A DNA stretch of 32,775 nucleotides. Origin: Patescibacteria group bacterium. Lineage in GTDB: Bacteria; Patescibacteriota; Minisyncoccia; Minisyncoccales; PWPS01. The notes below the pieces were generated by a model, which was not told the origin of the DNA, made no database searches, and saw only the letters and a program-made list of their open reading frames with translations. Made by a program: the position numbers and the translations under genes. This document shows positions 1 to 8,976 of this stretch, one piece after another; the first letter of the stretch is position 1, and each line of letters starts with the position of its first letter. The stretch spans positions 1 to 32,775 of the forward strand of contig JAYEKQ010000044.1 of the NCBI GenBank assembly GCA_034661095.1, given 5' to 3'.

Positions 1-1060
1 CTCTTTTAGGCTCTTCTTTCTCCTTTTCTTCCATTAATTCTTCTGCAAAAAAATCTGTTTCGCATCCTGTTGCAAGAATTGAAACTCTAACTTTATCTTT
101 ATATTTAGCTTTCTGTTTTATTCCAAGAATAACTTTCGCATCTCCCCCTGTATATTCATAAATATTTTCAGAGATAGATGAGATGTCAGTTAATCCGATA
201 TCTCTTCCTCCAGTAATATTAAAAAGCATTCCTTTAACATTACTTATCGTATATGAATAAAGCGGATTAGTAACGACTCTTCTTACTATTTCTTTTGCTC
301 CATCATCAAGATTTCCTTCTATTGTATTTAAATAAGTTATCTTTCTTGGACCTTTTTTGTTTTCAAGAACAGTTCTTACATCAGCAAAATCAATATTTAT
401 CAATCCAGTATCATATATTGTTTCAACCAATCCTTCTAAACTTTCTGCTAAGTTTTTGTTCATTACTGCTAGCGCTTCTTTTAAAGGAGTGTTTTTATCA
501 ACCAGTTCAAATATCTTCTCGTTTGGAAGAATTGTAATCGCATCTAAAAAGGGGCTTGTTTCTTTTACTGCTTTTTTTGCAATATTCATCTTCTTGTCTC
601 CTTCAAAAGAAAAAGGAAGAGTGAAAACTCCGTAAACCAATGCTCCTTCTTCTTTTGCGCAAGAAGCAAAAACAGGAAGTGCTCCTGATCCAGTTCCTCC
701 TCCAAGAGAAGCGACAAAGATAATAATATCTTGATCCTTAAAAATAGTTCTTGCTTCTTCAATGTCTTCTTCTGCTGCCTTCTTTCCTAATTCTGGATTC
801 ATTCCTGTTCCAAGCCCTCCTGTGATCTGACCGCCAAAAGATAGTCCTTTTATTTTTTTCTCTTTTACAACCTCATTAACAGCACGAGAATCAGTATTTA
901 AAACAGCAAACAAGACTTTTTTCAACGAAGAAGATATACTAGAAACAATGAGTCCTCCTCCACCTCCAACGCCAACCACTCTTATCTTTATTTCTTTGAT
1001 TGGCTCTTCTTCTACCTCCCTCTTCTTCTTTGTTTTAATTATTTTTTGTTGCTTGCTCAT
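1..1060 (-). CDS. ftsZ: Cell division GTPase FtsZ, C-terminal end cut by the window edge
   Basis: Absent from the ORF track because it has no in-window stop. Manual translation from the ATG at 1058-1060 gives MSKQQKIIKTKKKREVEEEPIKEIKIRVVGVGGGGG. The tubulin signature SLGGGTGSGALPVFA is encoded around 661-720. Confidence 0.9.
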   Translation of the reverse strand, partial: MSKQQKIIKTKKKREVEEEPIKEIKIRVVGVGGGGGLIVSSISSSLKKVLFAVLNTDSRAVNEVVKEKKIKGLSFGGQITGGLGTGMNPELGKKAAEEDIEEARTIFKDQDIIIFVASLGGGTGSGALPVFASCAKEEGALVYGVFTLPFSFEGDKKMNIAKKAVKETSPFLDAITILPNEKIFELVDKNTPLKEALAVMNKNLAESLEGLVETIYDTGLINIDFADVRTVLENKKGPRKITYLNTIEGNLDDGAKEIVRRVVTNPLYSYTISNVKGMLFNITGGRDIGLTDISSISENIYEYTGGDAKVILGIKQKAKYKDKVRVSILATGCETDFFAEELMEEKEKEEPKR

Positions 1061-1105
1061 CTTCTTTTTTTTATGTTTTTATAATAAAATGTCCTCTATT
1101 TTTTC

Positions 1106-1114
1106 AGTATAACA
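1106..1114 (-). promoter_or_regulatory. Extended -10 promoter (TGTTATACT) upstream of ftsZ
   Basis: Minus strand reads TGTTATACTGAAAAAATAG, 45 nt upstream of the ftsZ ATG. It nearly matches the hpf upstream sequence TGCTATACTGAAAATATTAC at 26336-26344. Confidence 0.4.
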
Positions 1115-1122
1115 CACAATTA

Positions 1123-2103
1123 CTAATTATCAATTTTCTTCTCCTTAAGATTAATCAACTCTCCTAGTATTTTTTTAACTTCTTTTAAGCTTTCTTCTTC
1201 AAGAACTGAAACTGCAACAACATCTTTATTTTTTCTTTTCAGTTCTTTTTTTATATTCTCAACTCTTCCTTCTGAAACCTCATCCTTTTTACTAATAATA
1301 ATGTACTCTTTTTTTTCAACAAGAAGTGGACTGTGATTCTCCAGCTCTCTTCTTATGATAAGATAATCATTAGTTGGTGTCGCTGAAGAAGCAGAAATAA
1401 GATGAAACAAAACCTTTGTTCTTTCTATATGTCGTAAAAACTTAATTCCCAACCCTTTTCCTTCTGAAGCACCTTCAATTAATCCCGGAATATCAGCAAG
1501 CACTAGTTCGTAATAAGCACCAAGACTTGGTTCCAAGGTTGTAAAAGAGTAATTTGCTACTTTACTTTTTGCTCTTGTCAGTTCGTTGATTAAACTTGAC
1601 TTGCCAACATTTGGAAGTCCTATCAAACCTACATCCGCAATCATTTTCAATTCAAGACGAACTCTGACTTGCTCTCCTTCTTTCCCGTATTCAAACTCTC
1701 TCGGAGTAGTATTTGTTGAAGATCTAAATTGAAAATTACCCCTTCCTCCCCTTCCTCCTCGTGCGATGAGAACTTCCTCTTCAATCTTTTTTACCTCTTT
1801 TGTTGTCTTCTTCTTTAAGTCGTGAATAACCGTTCCTACTGGAACATTTAAATAGATATCCTTCCCACTTACTCCGTGCTTAAAATATGTTCCTCCGTTT
1901 TTTCCATCTTCTGCTTTAATCTTTTTTTGAAATCGAAAAAACTTTAAAGCTCCAATATCAGAAACCCCAACAACATAAACACTTCCTCCTCTTCCTCCGT
2001 CTCCTCCAGTAGGTCCTTGCTCTCTTTTATTTTTATTAAAATAAACACTACCATCTCCTCCTTTCCCCGCTGTAATATTTATTTTTACATCATCTATAAG
2101 CAT
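1123..2103 (-). CDS. obg: GTPase Obg/CgtA (short form, 326 aa)
   Basis: Glycine-rich Obg fold at the N-terminus (AGKGGDGSVYF, GGDGGRGGSVYV). G domain with GLPNVGKSSL and DIPGLIEGA. Confidence 0.93.
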   Translation of the reverse strand: MLIDDVKINITAGKGGDGSVYFNKNKREQGPTGGDGGRGGSVYVVGVSDIGALKFFRFQKKIKAEDGKNGGTYFKHGVSGKDIYLNVPVGTVIHDLKKKTTKEVKKIEEEVLIARGGRGGRGNFQFRSSTNTTPREFEYGKEGEQVRVRLELKMIADVGLIGLPNVGKSSLINELTRAKSKVANYSFTTLEPSLGAYYELVLADIPGLIEGASEGKGLGIKFLRHIERTKVLFHLISASSATPTNDYLIIRRELENHSPLLVEKKEYIIISKKDEVSEGRVENIKKELKRKNKDVVAVSVLEEESLKEVKKILGELINLKEKKIDN

Positions 2104-2129
2104 AATTTAATAATTAGAAAATGGTTGTA

Positions 2130-2233
2130 TGGAAAATGGAAAATGGAGAAAGGTTGAGAAAATAGAAGATAGAAAATGGATAAAACCTAATTTCTAATTT
2201 CTATCTTCTATACTATTTTCTATTTTCTATACA
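2130..2233. repeat. In-phase degenerate 7-bp arrays forming an AT-rich imperfect inverted repeat
   Basis: TGGAAAA TGGAAAA TGGAGAA AGGTTGA GAAAATA GAAGATA GAAAATG GATAAAA (2130-2185), mirrored by TTCTAAT TTCTATC TTCTATA CTATTTT CTATTTT CTATACA (2192-2233). The stretch at 2158-2175 is largely complementary to 2199-2220. Confidence 0.6.
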
Positions 2234-2241
2234 ACTATTCT

Positions 2242-2291
2242 CCTTATGTCCGACCTATGGATTTTTGTTTTTTCCATAGGTGTCACCTATG
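2242..2291. repeat. Two hairpin modules of the CCATAGG-N5-CCTATGG family
   Basis: ccttatgtccgacctatgg is a degenerate copy of the 25826-25844 hairpin and is followed by atttttgtttttt. It is followed by ccataggtgtcacctatg and then acattttgt. Confidence 0.7.
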
Positions 2292-2307
2292 ACATTTTGT
2301 ATTATCT

Positions 2308-3351
2308 TCATATCTTAAATAGCATAACATCTCCGTCTTTTACGATGTAGTCCTTTCCTTTGTCTTGAGATTTTCCGCTTTGTCTTGCTCCACTCCACCC
2401 TTCACACTGAACAAAATCATTATAAGAAATAACTTCTGCGCGAATAAACTTTTCTTGAAAATCACTGTGTATTCTTCCTCCCGCAACAGGTGCAGAAGAT
2501 CCTTCTTTGACTGTCCAACTTCTGCTTTCTTCTTTTCCAGAAGTGAAAAAAGATATCAGGTTCAGTGAGCGGTAACTTTCTTTTATCATCTTGCTAAGTC
2601 CACTTTCTTTTATTCCAAACGAAGCAAGATAACTTTTTGCTTCTTCTTGGGGCAAATCAGCAAGCTCAGCTTCTATTTTAGCATTCATCAACAGGTATCC
2701 ATCTTCTTCGGAAATTTCATTTTTATCAACATTTTTGACATAAATAATCGGTTTAAATGTTAAAAAATTAAACTCTTTAATTGCCTCTTTCTCTTTTTCT
2801 TCCAGTTGTAGATCATACAAAAGATTTTCTTGTTCCAAAAATGTTTTTGCTTTTTCTAATGTTTCTACTTTAAGTTTAATTTCTTTATCACCTGTTCTTA
2901 GTTCTTTTTTTAATCTGTTGGTTGCTTTTTCTACTAACTGTAAATCAGAAGCAATTAGCTCAATGTTTACTGTTTCTTGATCTTTCTTGAAGTTAACTTC
3001 TCCATCAACATGAAAAATATCTTTATCTTCAAAATCACGAAGAACCTCTACAATAGCATCAACCTCTCTTATGTTTGATAGAAATTTGTTTCCTAGTCCT
3101 TTTCCTTGATGAGCGTCAGCAATAAGACCAGCAATATCAATAAATTCTATTGTAGTGTGAACTGTTTTTTCTGAACAAGAAATAGAAGACAACTTCTCTA
3201 ATCTCTCATCAGGAACTTCAACCACTCCAACATTCGGATCAATTGTGCAGAATGGATAATTCTGTATATCTACTTGCTTCTTTGTTATTGCTTTAAAAAG
3301 AGTTGATTTTCCAACATTCGGAAGTCCAACTATTCCAACTTTAAATGACAT
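2308..3351 (-). CDS. ychF: Ribosome-binding ATPase YchF
   Basis: MSFKVGIVGLPNVGKSTLF P-loop and NYPFCTIDPNVGVV. The C-terminal TGS-like region contains RSWTVKEGSSAPVAGGRIHSDF. Confidence 0.93.
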   Translation of the reverse strand: MSFKVGIVGLPNVGKSTLFKAITKKQVDIQNYPFCTIDPNVGVVEVPDERLEKLSSISCSEKTVHTTIEFIDIAGLIADAHQGKGLGNKFLSNIREVDAIVEVLRDFEDKDIFHVDGEVNFKKDQETVNIELIASDLQLVEKATNRLKKELRTGDKEIKLKVETLEKAKTFLEQENLLYDLQLEEKEKEAIKEFNFLTFKPIIYVKNVDKNEISEEDGYLLMNAKIEAELADLPQEEAKSYLASFGIKESGLSKMIKESYRSLNLISFFTSGKEESRSWTVKEGSSAPVAGGRIHSDFQEKFIRAEVISYNDFVQCEGWSGARQSGKSQDKGKDYIVKDGDVMLFKI

Positions 3352-3388
3352 ATTAAGGATAAGTGTTAAAAGGTGTACTGAATAAATG

Positions 3389-3459
3389 CTGCTGGGCTAG
3401 GATTCGAACCTAGATTAATGGAGCCAGAACCCATCGTCCTACCATTAGACGACCCAGCA
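3389..3459 (-). tRNA. tRNA-Gln (anticodon CUG)
   Basis: Hand-folded cloverleaf: TGCTGGG TC GTCT AATGGTA GGAC G ATGGG TTCTGGC TCCAT TAAT CTAGG TTCGAAT CCTAG CCCAGCA G. It has the U1:A72 pair and G73 discriminator typical of bacterial tRNA-Gln. CCA is not encoded. Confidence 0.9.
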
Positions 3460-3470
3460 ATGACAAAGTG

Positions 3471-3693
3471 AATTTTCAATTTTCTAATTTTTAAAAATAT
3501 TCTTGTCATTCTGAACGAAGTGAAGAATCTCTTGGTTTCTGCAATAATAATGGGATTCTTCACTACGCTTTGCTCCGTTCAGAATGACAAAGAGGGCAGA
3601 AATTTCCATAGGTGTCACCTTTCCATAGGTGACACCTATGACATTTTGTTTGAGTTATTTGGAAATTGGAAATTTGGTGCTTCATTGAAAATT
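3471..3693 (+). repeat. Composite intergenic repeat, copy 1 (AT leader, ~85-nt long palindrome, CCATAGG hairpin, 7-bp array)
   Basis: Near-identical to 6939-7144 apart from about 7 substitutions and an extra 17-nt internal duplication (tgtcacctttccatagg). The long palindrome gtcattctgaacgaagtgaagaatc ... gattcttcact ... cgttcagaatgac spans 3506-3588. Confidence 0.85.
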
Positions 3694-4600
3694 ACTTAAG
3701 ATATCTGTTTGCTGCAATTAAGCTTGATAACACTCCTAGCACTATTCCTGTTCCTAAGTGAATGATTATGATTAGTGGCATCATTTCAAAGACATATCGG
3801 TTAATGTCAATGTCAATTGATATATCATAAGGACTAACAAGTAGGTATCCCCCTGGGAAAAGAAGAATGAAAGAAAGAACTGTAGCGGCTAATCCCATTA
3901 AAACTCCTTGAACAATAAATGATCCTTGAATAAAAGCATTAGAAGAGCCAACTAATTTCATTACACGAATTTCTTCTCTCATCTCATAAATTGCTAACTT
4001 CACTGTGTTGTAAACAAGAAGAATTGAAATTATTCCCATTATTATCACTAAAACTAATCCCACTTTTCTTGCATTATCAGTAAAAGAAAATATTCCTTCA
4101 ATAACTTCTTGACGATGATAAAAATCAACACTATTAACAATTGCAGAGTAGTTATTTTCTAAAAAATCTGATACTTGCTGATATATATAGGGATCATCTG
4201 CTTTAATACTCAGTGAAGAAGGAAAAGGATTTCCAACTTCTTCCAGTGATTCCATTACCGATGATCTATCTCCAAATCTTCTGATAAAAGCTGTTTTTGC
4301 TTCTTCTTTTGATGTGTATTTTATGCTTGTTATTTCAAAAGCTCCTTCTATCTCTTTTTGAACTTCAAGAATTTCTTCTTCAGATGCTGATAACTGAAAA
4401 TCAATTGTTATATCCGCCTTTTCTTTAACGCTGTCTATAATATCTTCTGTTATTGCTCCTATTATAAAGATTGAAGTTGCCATTATAATAACAACTGTTA
4501 AAACAAAAACCGCTACAAAAGAAATTCCTTTTTCTCTATAAAAATTATCCCATCCCAAACGGATCATTCTTTTAAATGAATTTAAAAAAATATTTTTCAT
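3692..4600 (-). CDS. ftsX: Cell division permease FtsX
   Basis: FtsX-like topology, directly downstream of ftsE. I start it at MKNIFLNSFKRMIRLGWDNF (ATG 4598-4600), 1 nt after the ftsE stop. The tracked ORF start at 4648 would overlap ftsE by 47 nt. Confidence 0.85.
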   Translation of the reverse strand: MKNIFLNSFKRMIRLGWDNFYREKGISFVAVFVLTVVIIMATSIFIIGAITEDIIDSVKEKADITIDFQLSASEEEILEVQKEIEGAFEITSIKYTSKEEAKTAFIRRFGDRSSVMESLEEVGNPFPSSLSIKADDPYIYQQVSDFLENNYSAIVNSVDFYHRQEVIEGIFSFTDNARKVGLVLVIIMGIISILLVYNTVKLAIYEMREEIRVMKLVGSSNAFIQGSFIVQGVLMGLAATVLSFILLFPGGYLLVSPYDISIDIDINRYVFEMMPLIIIIHLGTGIVLGVLSSLIAANRYLK

Positions 4601-4601
4601 A

Positions 4602-5297
4602 TTACAATATAAATTTACCTTGGTTAGAATCACTTGCCACCTTTCCATCCCTAATTGTTATAACTCTTCTTCCAACACTATTAACAATGTCTTTATTGTG
4701 AGTTGCTAATATGATTGTTGTTCCTGCTTTGTTTATCTCAAGCAACAAGCTTAAAACATCTCTTGCGTTGTAAGGGTCAAGATCTCCTGTTGGTTCATCA
4801 GCAAGAATAACCTCTGGATCATGAATTAAAGCACGAGCAATAGCAGTTCTTTGTTTCTCTCCTCCAGATATCTGATGAGGAAATTGAAAAGCCTGTTTTT
4901 CAAGCCCAACTGTACTTAACGCCTTTGGAACAACCCTTGCTATTTCTTCATCAGAAGAACCAGTAACTTCCATCGCATAAGCAATATTTCCATAAACTGT
5001 TTTTGAAGAAAGTAACTTGTAATCCTGAAAGATAGTTCCAATCCTTCTTTTTATTCGATGTGAATTATTAACTGACGCTTTGTGAATATTTATTCTATCA
5101 AAGAAAACTTCACCACTTGTTGGTTTCTCTTCTCCTAAAAGAAGATTTAAAAGAGTTGTTTTTCCCGCTCCTGATCTTCCAACTAAACATATAAAATCTC
5201 CTTTACTCAATCTGAAAGAAACATCCTCTAACACAACCCGTTCCTCTTTATTCAAATAAGGAGGATATATCTTAGTCACTTTGTTAAAAAATATCAT
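4602..5297 (-). CDS. ftsE: Cell division ABC ATPase FtsE
   Basis: Walker A GRSGAGKTTLL, ABC signature ISGGEKQR, Walker B ILADEPTGDLD. Paired with ftsX. Confidence 0.92.
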   Translation of the reverse strand: MIFFNKVTKIYPPYLNKEERVVLEDVSFRLSKGDFICLVGRSGAGKTTLLNLLLGEEKPTSGEVFFDRINIHKASVNNSHRIKRRIGTIFQDYKLLSSKTVYGNIAYAMEVTGSSDEEIARVVPKALSTVGLEKQAFQFPHQISGGEKQRTAIARALIHDPEVILADEPTGDLDPYNARDVLSLLLEINKAGTTIILATHNKDIVNSVGRRVITIRDGKVASDSNQGKFIL

Positions 5298-5310
5298 ATA
5301 TTGATAATTA

Positions 5311-6397
5311 CTAATTATTTAACAGATCAAGATTACCATCTAGAACTTCATCAACATTTGTCGTTTCATTTTTTGTTCTTAAATCTTTTACTAGTTTATA
5401 GGGATGTAAAACATAATTCCTAATCTGATTTCCCCATCCTGTTCCACTCATCTCTCCTTTTGCTTTTTCTTCTTCTCTTTTTTCGTTATCTTCTTTTATC
5501 TTTTCAAGTTTTGACTGTAAAATACTCATTGCTATTCTTCTGTTCTCACCTTGTTTTCTTTCATTTTGAGAACTAACTACTACTCCTGTTGGAATATGAG
5601 TTATTCTTATTGCACTTTCTCTTTTGTTTACATTCTGTCCTCCTGGTCCTGAAGATTTAAATGTATCAATTTTCAGATCTTCTTCTTTTATAACAACTGC
5701 TTTGTCTGATCTTTTTATAGCTGGAAAAACTTCAACTTGAGCAAAGGAAGTATGCCTTGCTCCTCCTGAAGAAAAAGGTGATTTTCTTACTAATCGGTGT
5801 GTTCCACTTTCATCCTTTAAAATTCCAAAAGCATATCCTCCCTTCACTTCAAAGACAATCTTCTTAATTCCACTTCTTCCTTCTGGTCCACCACTTTCCC
5901 CATCAGAAGTATATATTACTTTTATTTGAAAGTTTTTTCTTTCTGCATATCTTTGATACATTCTAAAAAGCATCGCTACAAAATCCTCAGCATCTCTTCC
6001 TCCTGCTCCCGACTGGATCTCCATTATAGCATCATTTTTATCAAACTTTCCTGATAGAAAAATTTTAAACTCTTCTTTTTTTATTTCTTCTTTTACTTCT
6101 TCTAAATTGTTAGCAAGATCCTCTTTCATTTTATCATCTTCTTTGAAATTTTCATACATCTCTCTTATCTCTTTCAACTTGCTTTTTAAGCAACTAACAG
6201 TGTTAACTTCTTCCTGAAGGGAACTCAACTCTTTCTGTTTTTCTACTGCGTCCTTCTGATTACTAATCCAAATTTCTTTACTTGAAACTTCTTCTTCAAG
6301 CTCTTTAATCCTTTTTTTCTTCTCTTCAACATCAAAGACACTCCTCCATATGGAGGACTTTCTCTTTTGTTTCTTGTATTTCTTTTTCTATATCCAT
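5311..6397 (-). CDS. prfB: Peptide chain release factor 2 with programmed +1 frameshift
   Basis: Frame-0 leader MDIEKEIQETKEKVLHMEECL (6397-6335) ends at CTT TGA (TGA at 6332-6334). A +1 shift continues DVEEKKKRIKELEEE into the tracked ORF 5311-6228. SPF (VRKSPFSSG) and GGQ (SGPGGQNVNK) motifs are present. GGAGGAG lies 3 nt upstream of CTT. Confidence 0.93.
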
Positions 6398-6403
6398 AAT
6401 TGT

Positions 6404-6438
6404 ATTGTCAAATGTTAATTGTCAATTGTTAAATGTCA
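6404..6438 (-). promoter_or_regulatory. Five in-phase 7-bp repeats carrying three TTGACA hexamers, directly upstream of prfB
   Basis: Plus strand reads attgtca aatgtta attgtca attgtta aatgtca. Minus strand reads TTGACAtttaacaaTTGACAattaacatTTGACAatacaattATG, with TACAAT adjacent to the start codon. Confidence 0.5.
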
Positions 6439-6443
6439 AATAG

Positions 6444-6515
6444 AGCCGATGGTCGGAGTCGAACCGACGGCCTACTCTTTACGAGAGAGTTGCTCTGCCA
6501 CTGAGCTACATCGGC
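6444..6515 (-). tRNA. tRNA-Thr (anticodon CGU)
   Basis: Hand-folded cloverleaf: GCCGATG TA GCTC AGTGGCA GAGC A ACTCT CTCGTAA AGAGT AGGCC GTCGG TTCGACT CCGAC CATCGGC T. Confidence 0.9.
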
Positions 6516-6525
6516 CTGCTCCTTA

Positions 6526-6891
6526 TTAAAACAAATTCTTGAAAAATCCTTTCTCTTCTTCTAATTCTTCTTCGTTTTCTTTTACTTCTTCCACTAAAAC
6601 ATCTTCATCTTCTCTTACTATTATAAAAATTCTTTCTCCTTCTTTTTTTAAGAGAAGCTGTTCTCTTGCAATTCTTTCAATTTCTTGATCAATGTTCATT
6701 TCTTCTTCTTTTTCTTTAGCAATCTCCATTTCTTCTTCTAACACCTCCAATTCTTGTTTTGCATCAAGAAAATAACTTTTAATCTCTCTTCTTTCTTTAT
6801 AAAGATTAATGTTAAAGAAGGTGAGCAAAGAAACAACAGCAAAAAGAAAAATAAAAAAAAGAATCCTTTTCCGACTTTTATTAACTGTCAT
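6526..6891 (-). CDS. Septum formation initiator family protein (FtsB/DivIC-like)
   Basis: A single N-terminal TM (ILFFIFLFAVVSLLTFF), a coiled coil, then the family-typical IERIAREQLLLKKEGERIFII motif. Confidence 0.75.
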   Translation of the reverse strand: MTVNKSRKRILFFIFLFAVVSLLTFFNINLYKERREIKSYFLDAKQELEVLEEEMEIAKEKEEEMNIDQEIERIAREQLLLKKEGERIFIIVREDEDVLVEEVKENEEELEEEKGFFKNLF

Positions 6892-6938
6892 TTTTTAATT
6901 ATATCTTATATTTTAATCAAACTCAAAACAATAATTAA

Positions 6939-7144
6939 AATTTTCAATTTCCTAATTTTTAAAAATATTCTTGTCATTCTGAACGAAGTAAAGAATCTCT
7001 TGGTTTCTGCAATAATAATGGGATTCTTCACTATGCTTCACTCCGTTCAGAATGACAAAGAGGGCAGAAATTTCCATAGGTGACACCTATGACATTTTGT
7101 TTGAGTTATTTGGAAATTGGAAATTTGGTCATTCATTGAAAATT
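6939..7144 (+). repeat. Composite intergenic repeat, copy 2
   Basis: Aligns end to end with 3471-3693 in the same orientation. It lies between the lepA stop and the divIC-like start. Confidence 0.85.
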
Positions 7145-7176
7145 TTATAATATAATTTTTCCCTAATGTCAAAACA

Positions 7177-8976
7177 CTATTTATTAAACACCTTGAAGTA
7201 TGCTTCTTCGGGAATGTTTACCCTTCCTTCTTTTTCTAGTCTCTTTTTTCCTTTCTTTTGTTTTTCAAGTAGTTTCCTCTTTCTTGTGATGTCTCCTCCG
7301 TAGAGAGGGGCAGTTACATCTTTTCTTCTTGCTTTAATTGTCTCTCTTGCAATTATTTTTCCTCCTACTCTTGCTTGAAGTGCTACTGCAAACTGCTGTG
7401 ACGGAATAACTTCTTTCAACTTAGCAACTGTTTTTTTCCCTTCCTGAAACGCTTCATCACGAGCAACAACAACTGAAAAAGCTTCATCAACTTTATGTGC
7501 TATTAAAATTTCCATCTTTACAAGATCTCCTGGATAAAATCCTTCTAACTTGTATCCAGCAGAGGCATATCCTTGAGTAGCACTCTTCAAATTATCATAA
7601 AAGTTAATTATCATTTTTCTTAAAGGAGCTCTATAGACAACAAGCACTCTGTTTGAAGATATATACCTTGTATCAAGATAAATTCCCCTTAAAGTTGCTA
7701 AAACTTCATTAACTTTACCAAGAGTATTTTCAGGAGTTATTATCTCAATTTTTGCCCACGGTTCTTTTGTCTCAGCAACTGCACTCTGATCTGGCCAATC
7801 AGAAGGTGATTGAATTTCTATCTCTTCTCCCCCTTTCATCTTTGCAATAAAAGCAACTGTTGGCGCTGATATAATAAGGTCAATGTCATATTCTCTTGAT
7901 AGCCGTTGAGAAATTATTTCAGAATGGAGAGATCCAAGAAATCCGCAACGAAATCCTCTTCCAAAAACTTGTTTAAATTCTGGAGTAAAAGTAAAAGCAG
8001 GATCAGTTAATTTTATCTCAAGAAGAGCGTTATAAAAGTTAAGATAATCTTCTGGATATCGCGGATAAAAACTACTAAAAACCATTGGATGAGGTTCTTT
8101 ATATCCTGGAAGAGGAAGAATATCATCTCCTCTCTTATAAATTGTGTCTCCTGACTTAACAACTCCAACTTCTTTAATTCCGGTAGCAATATATCCTATA
8201 TCACCAGCAGAAATTTTATTTTGTGGAGTGTGCTTTGGAGAAAAAAATCCAACTTCTTTTACTTCACCGTCACTATTAGAAGCAAAAAGAGAAATCTTTT
8301 CTTTATTGTTAATCTCACCCTCTACAACCCGAATATGGGCAATTATTCCTTTGTAAGCATTAAATTCTGAGTCAAAAACAAGAGCCCTAAATAGCTTCTT
8401 TTCTTCTTTTGAAGGTGCAGGAATTTTTTCAACAACAGCATCTAGCACTTGTTCAATATTAACTCCTTCTTTTCCAGATATTTTTATAATATCTTCTTTT
8501 TTAACATCAAGAGTTTGAACCATCTCTTCTTCAACTTCTTCTATCTTTGCTCCATCAAGATCAATCTTGTTTATAATTGGAATTATTTTAAAGTTATCTC
8601 CCTTCTTCTTTGCAAGATCAAAATTAGCAAGCGTTTGCGCCTGAACTCCTTTTGTAGCATCAACAAGAAGCACTGCTCCTTCAACTGCTTCTAATGAACG
8701 AGAGACTTCATAAGAAAAATCAACATGCCCTGGGGTGTCTATTAGATTTAAAATATAATCCTCTTTTTCTTTTCCATATCTGTAAATCATTCTAACTGGA
8801 CGAAGTTTAATTGTTATTCCTCTTTCTCTTTCCAATTCCATATCATCCAAAAACTGATCTTGCATATCTTTTTTTAAAACTGTTTTTGTCACTTCCAAAA
8901 AACGATCAGCAAGCGTTGATTTTCCAGCATCAATATGTGAAATTATACAAAAATTTCTTGTTTTGTTTTTATTCAT
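7177..8976 (-). CDS. lepA: Translation elongation factor 4 (LepA)
   Basis: NFCIISHIDAGKSTLADRFLE, DTPGHVDF, NKIDL and the LepA C-terminal domain. 599 aa. Confidence 0.95.
   Translation of the reverse strand: MNKNKTRNFCIISHIDAGKSTLADRFLEVTKTVLKKDMQDQFLDDMELERERGITIKLRPVRMIYRYGKEKEDYILNLIDTPGHVDFSYEVSRSLEAVEGAVLLVDATKGVQAQTLANFDLAKKKGDNFKIIPIINKIDLDGAKIEEVEEEMVQTLDVKKEDIIKISGKEGVNIEQVLDAVVEKIPAPSKEEKKLFRALVFDSEFNAYKGIIAHIRVVEGEINNKEKISLFASNSDGEVKEVGFFSPKHTPQNKISAGDIGYIATGIKEVGVVKSGDTIYKRGDDILPLPGYKEPHPMVFSSFYPRYPEDYLNFYNALLEIKLTDPAFTFTPEFKQVFGRGFRCGFLGSLHSEIISQRLSREYDIDLIISAPTVAFIAKMKGGEEIEIQSPSDWPDQSAVAETKEPWAKIEIITPENTLGKVNEVLATLRGIYLDTRYISSNRVLVVYRAPLRKMIINFYDNLKSATQGYASAGYKLEGFYPGDLVKMEILIAHKVDEAFSVVVARDEAFQEGKKTVAKLKEVIPSQQFAVALQARVGGKIIARETIKARRKDVTAPLYGGDITRKRKLLEKQKKGKKRLEKEGRVNIPEEAYFKVFNK

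Noticed and set aside
3366-3563. 65-aa minus-strand ORF
   Set aside because: It reads through tRNA-Gln and the long palindromic repeat. The plus-strand ORF 6754-7083 likewise reads through repeat copy 2 and runs antisense to the divIC-like gene.
4601-4648. N-terminal 16 codons of tracked ORF 3692-4648 (FtsX)
   Set aside because: They would overlap ftsE by 47 nt. The internal ATG at 4600 sits 1 nt after the ftsE stop and begins the typical FtsX N-terminus.
5311-6397. Recoded genetic code (UGA as a sense codon, code 25 or 4)
   Set aside because: An intact RF2 gene has a UGA-dependent frameshift site, and several genes terminate cleanly at UGA (the ATPase at 16737, the 277-aa protein at 31909). 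The standard bacterial code explains all ORFs.
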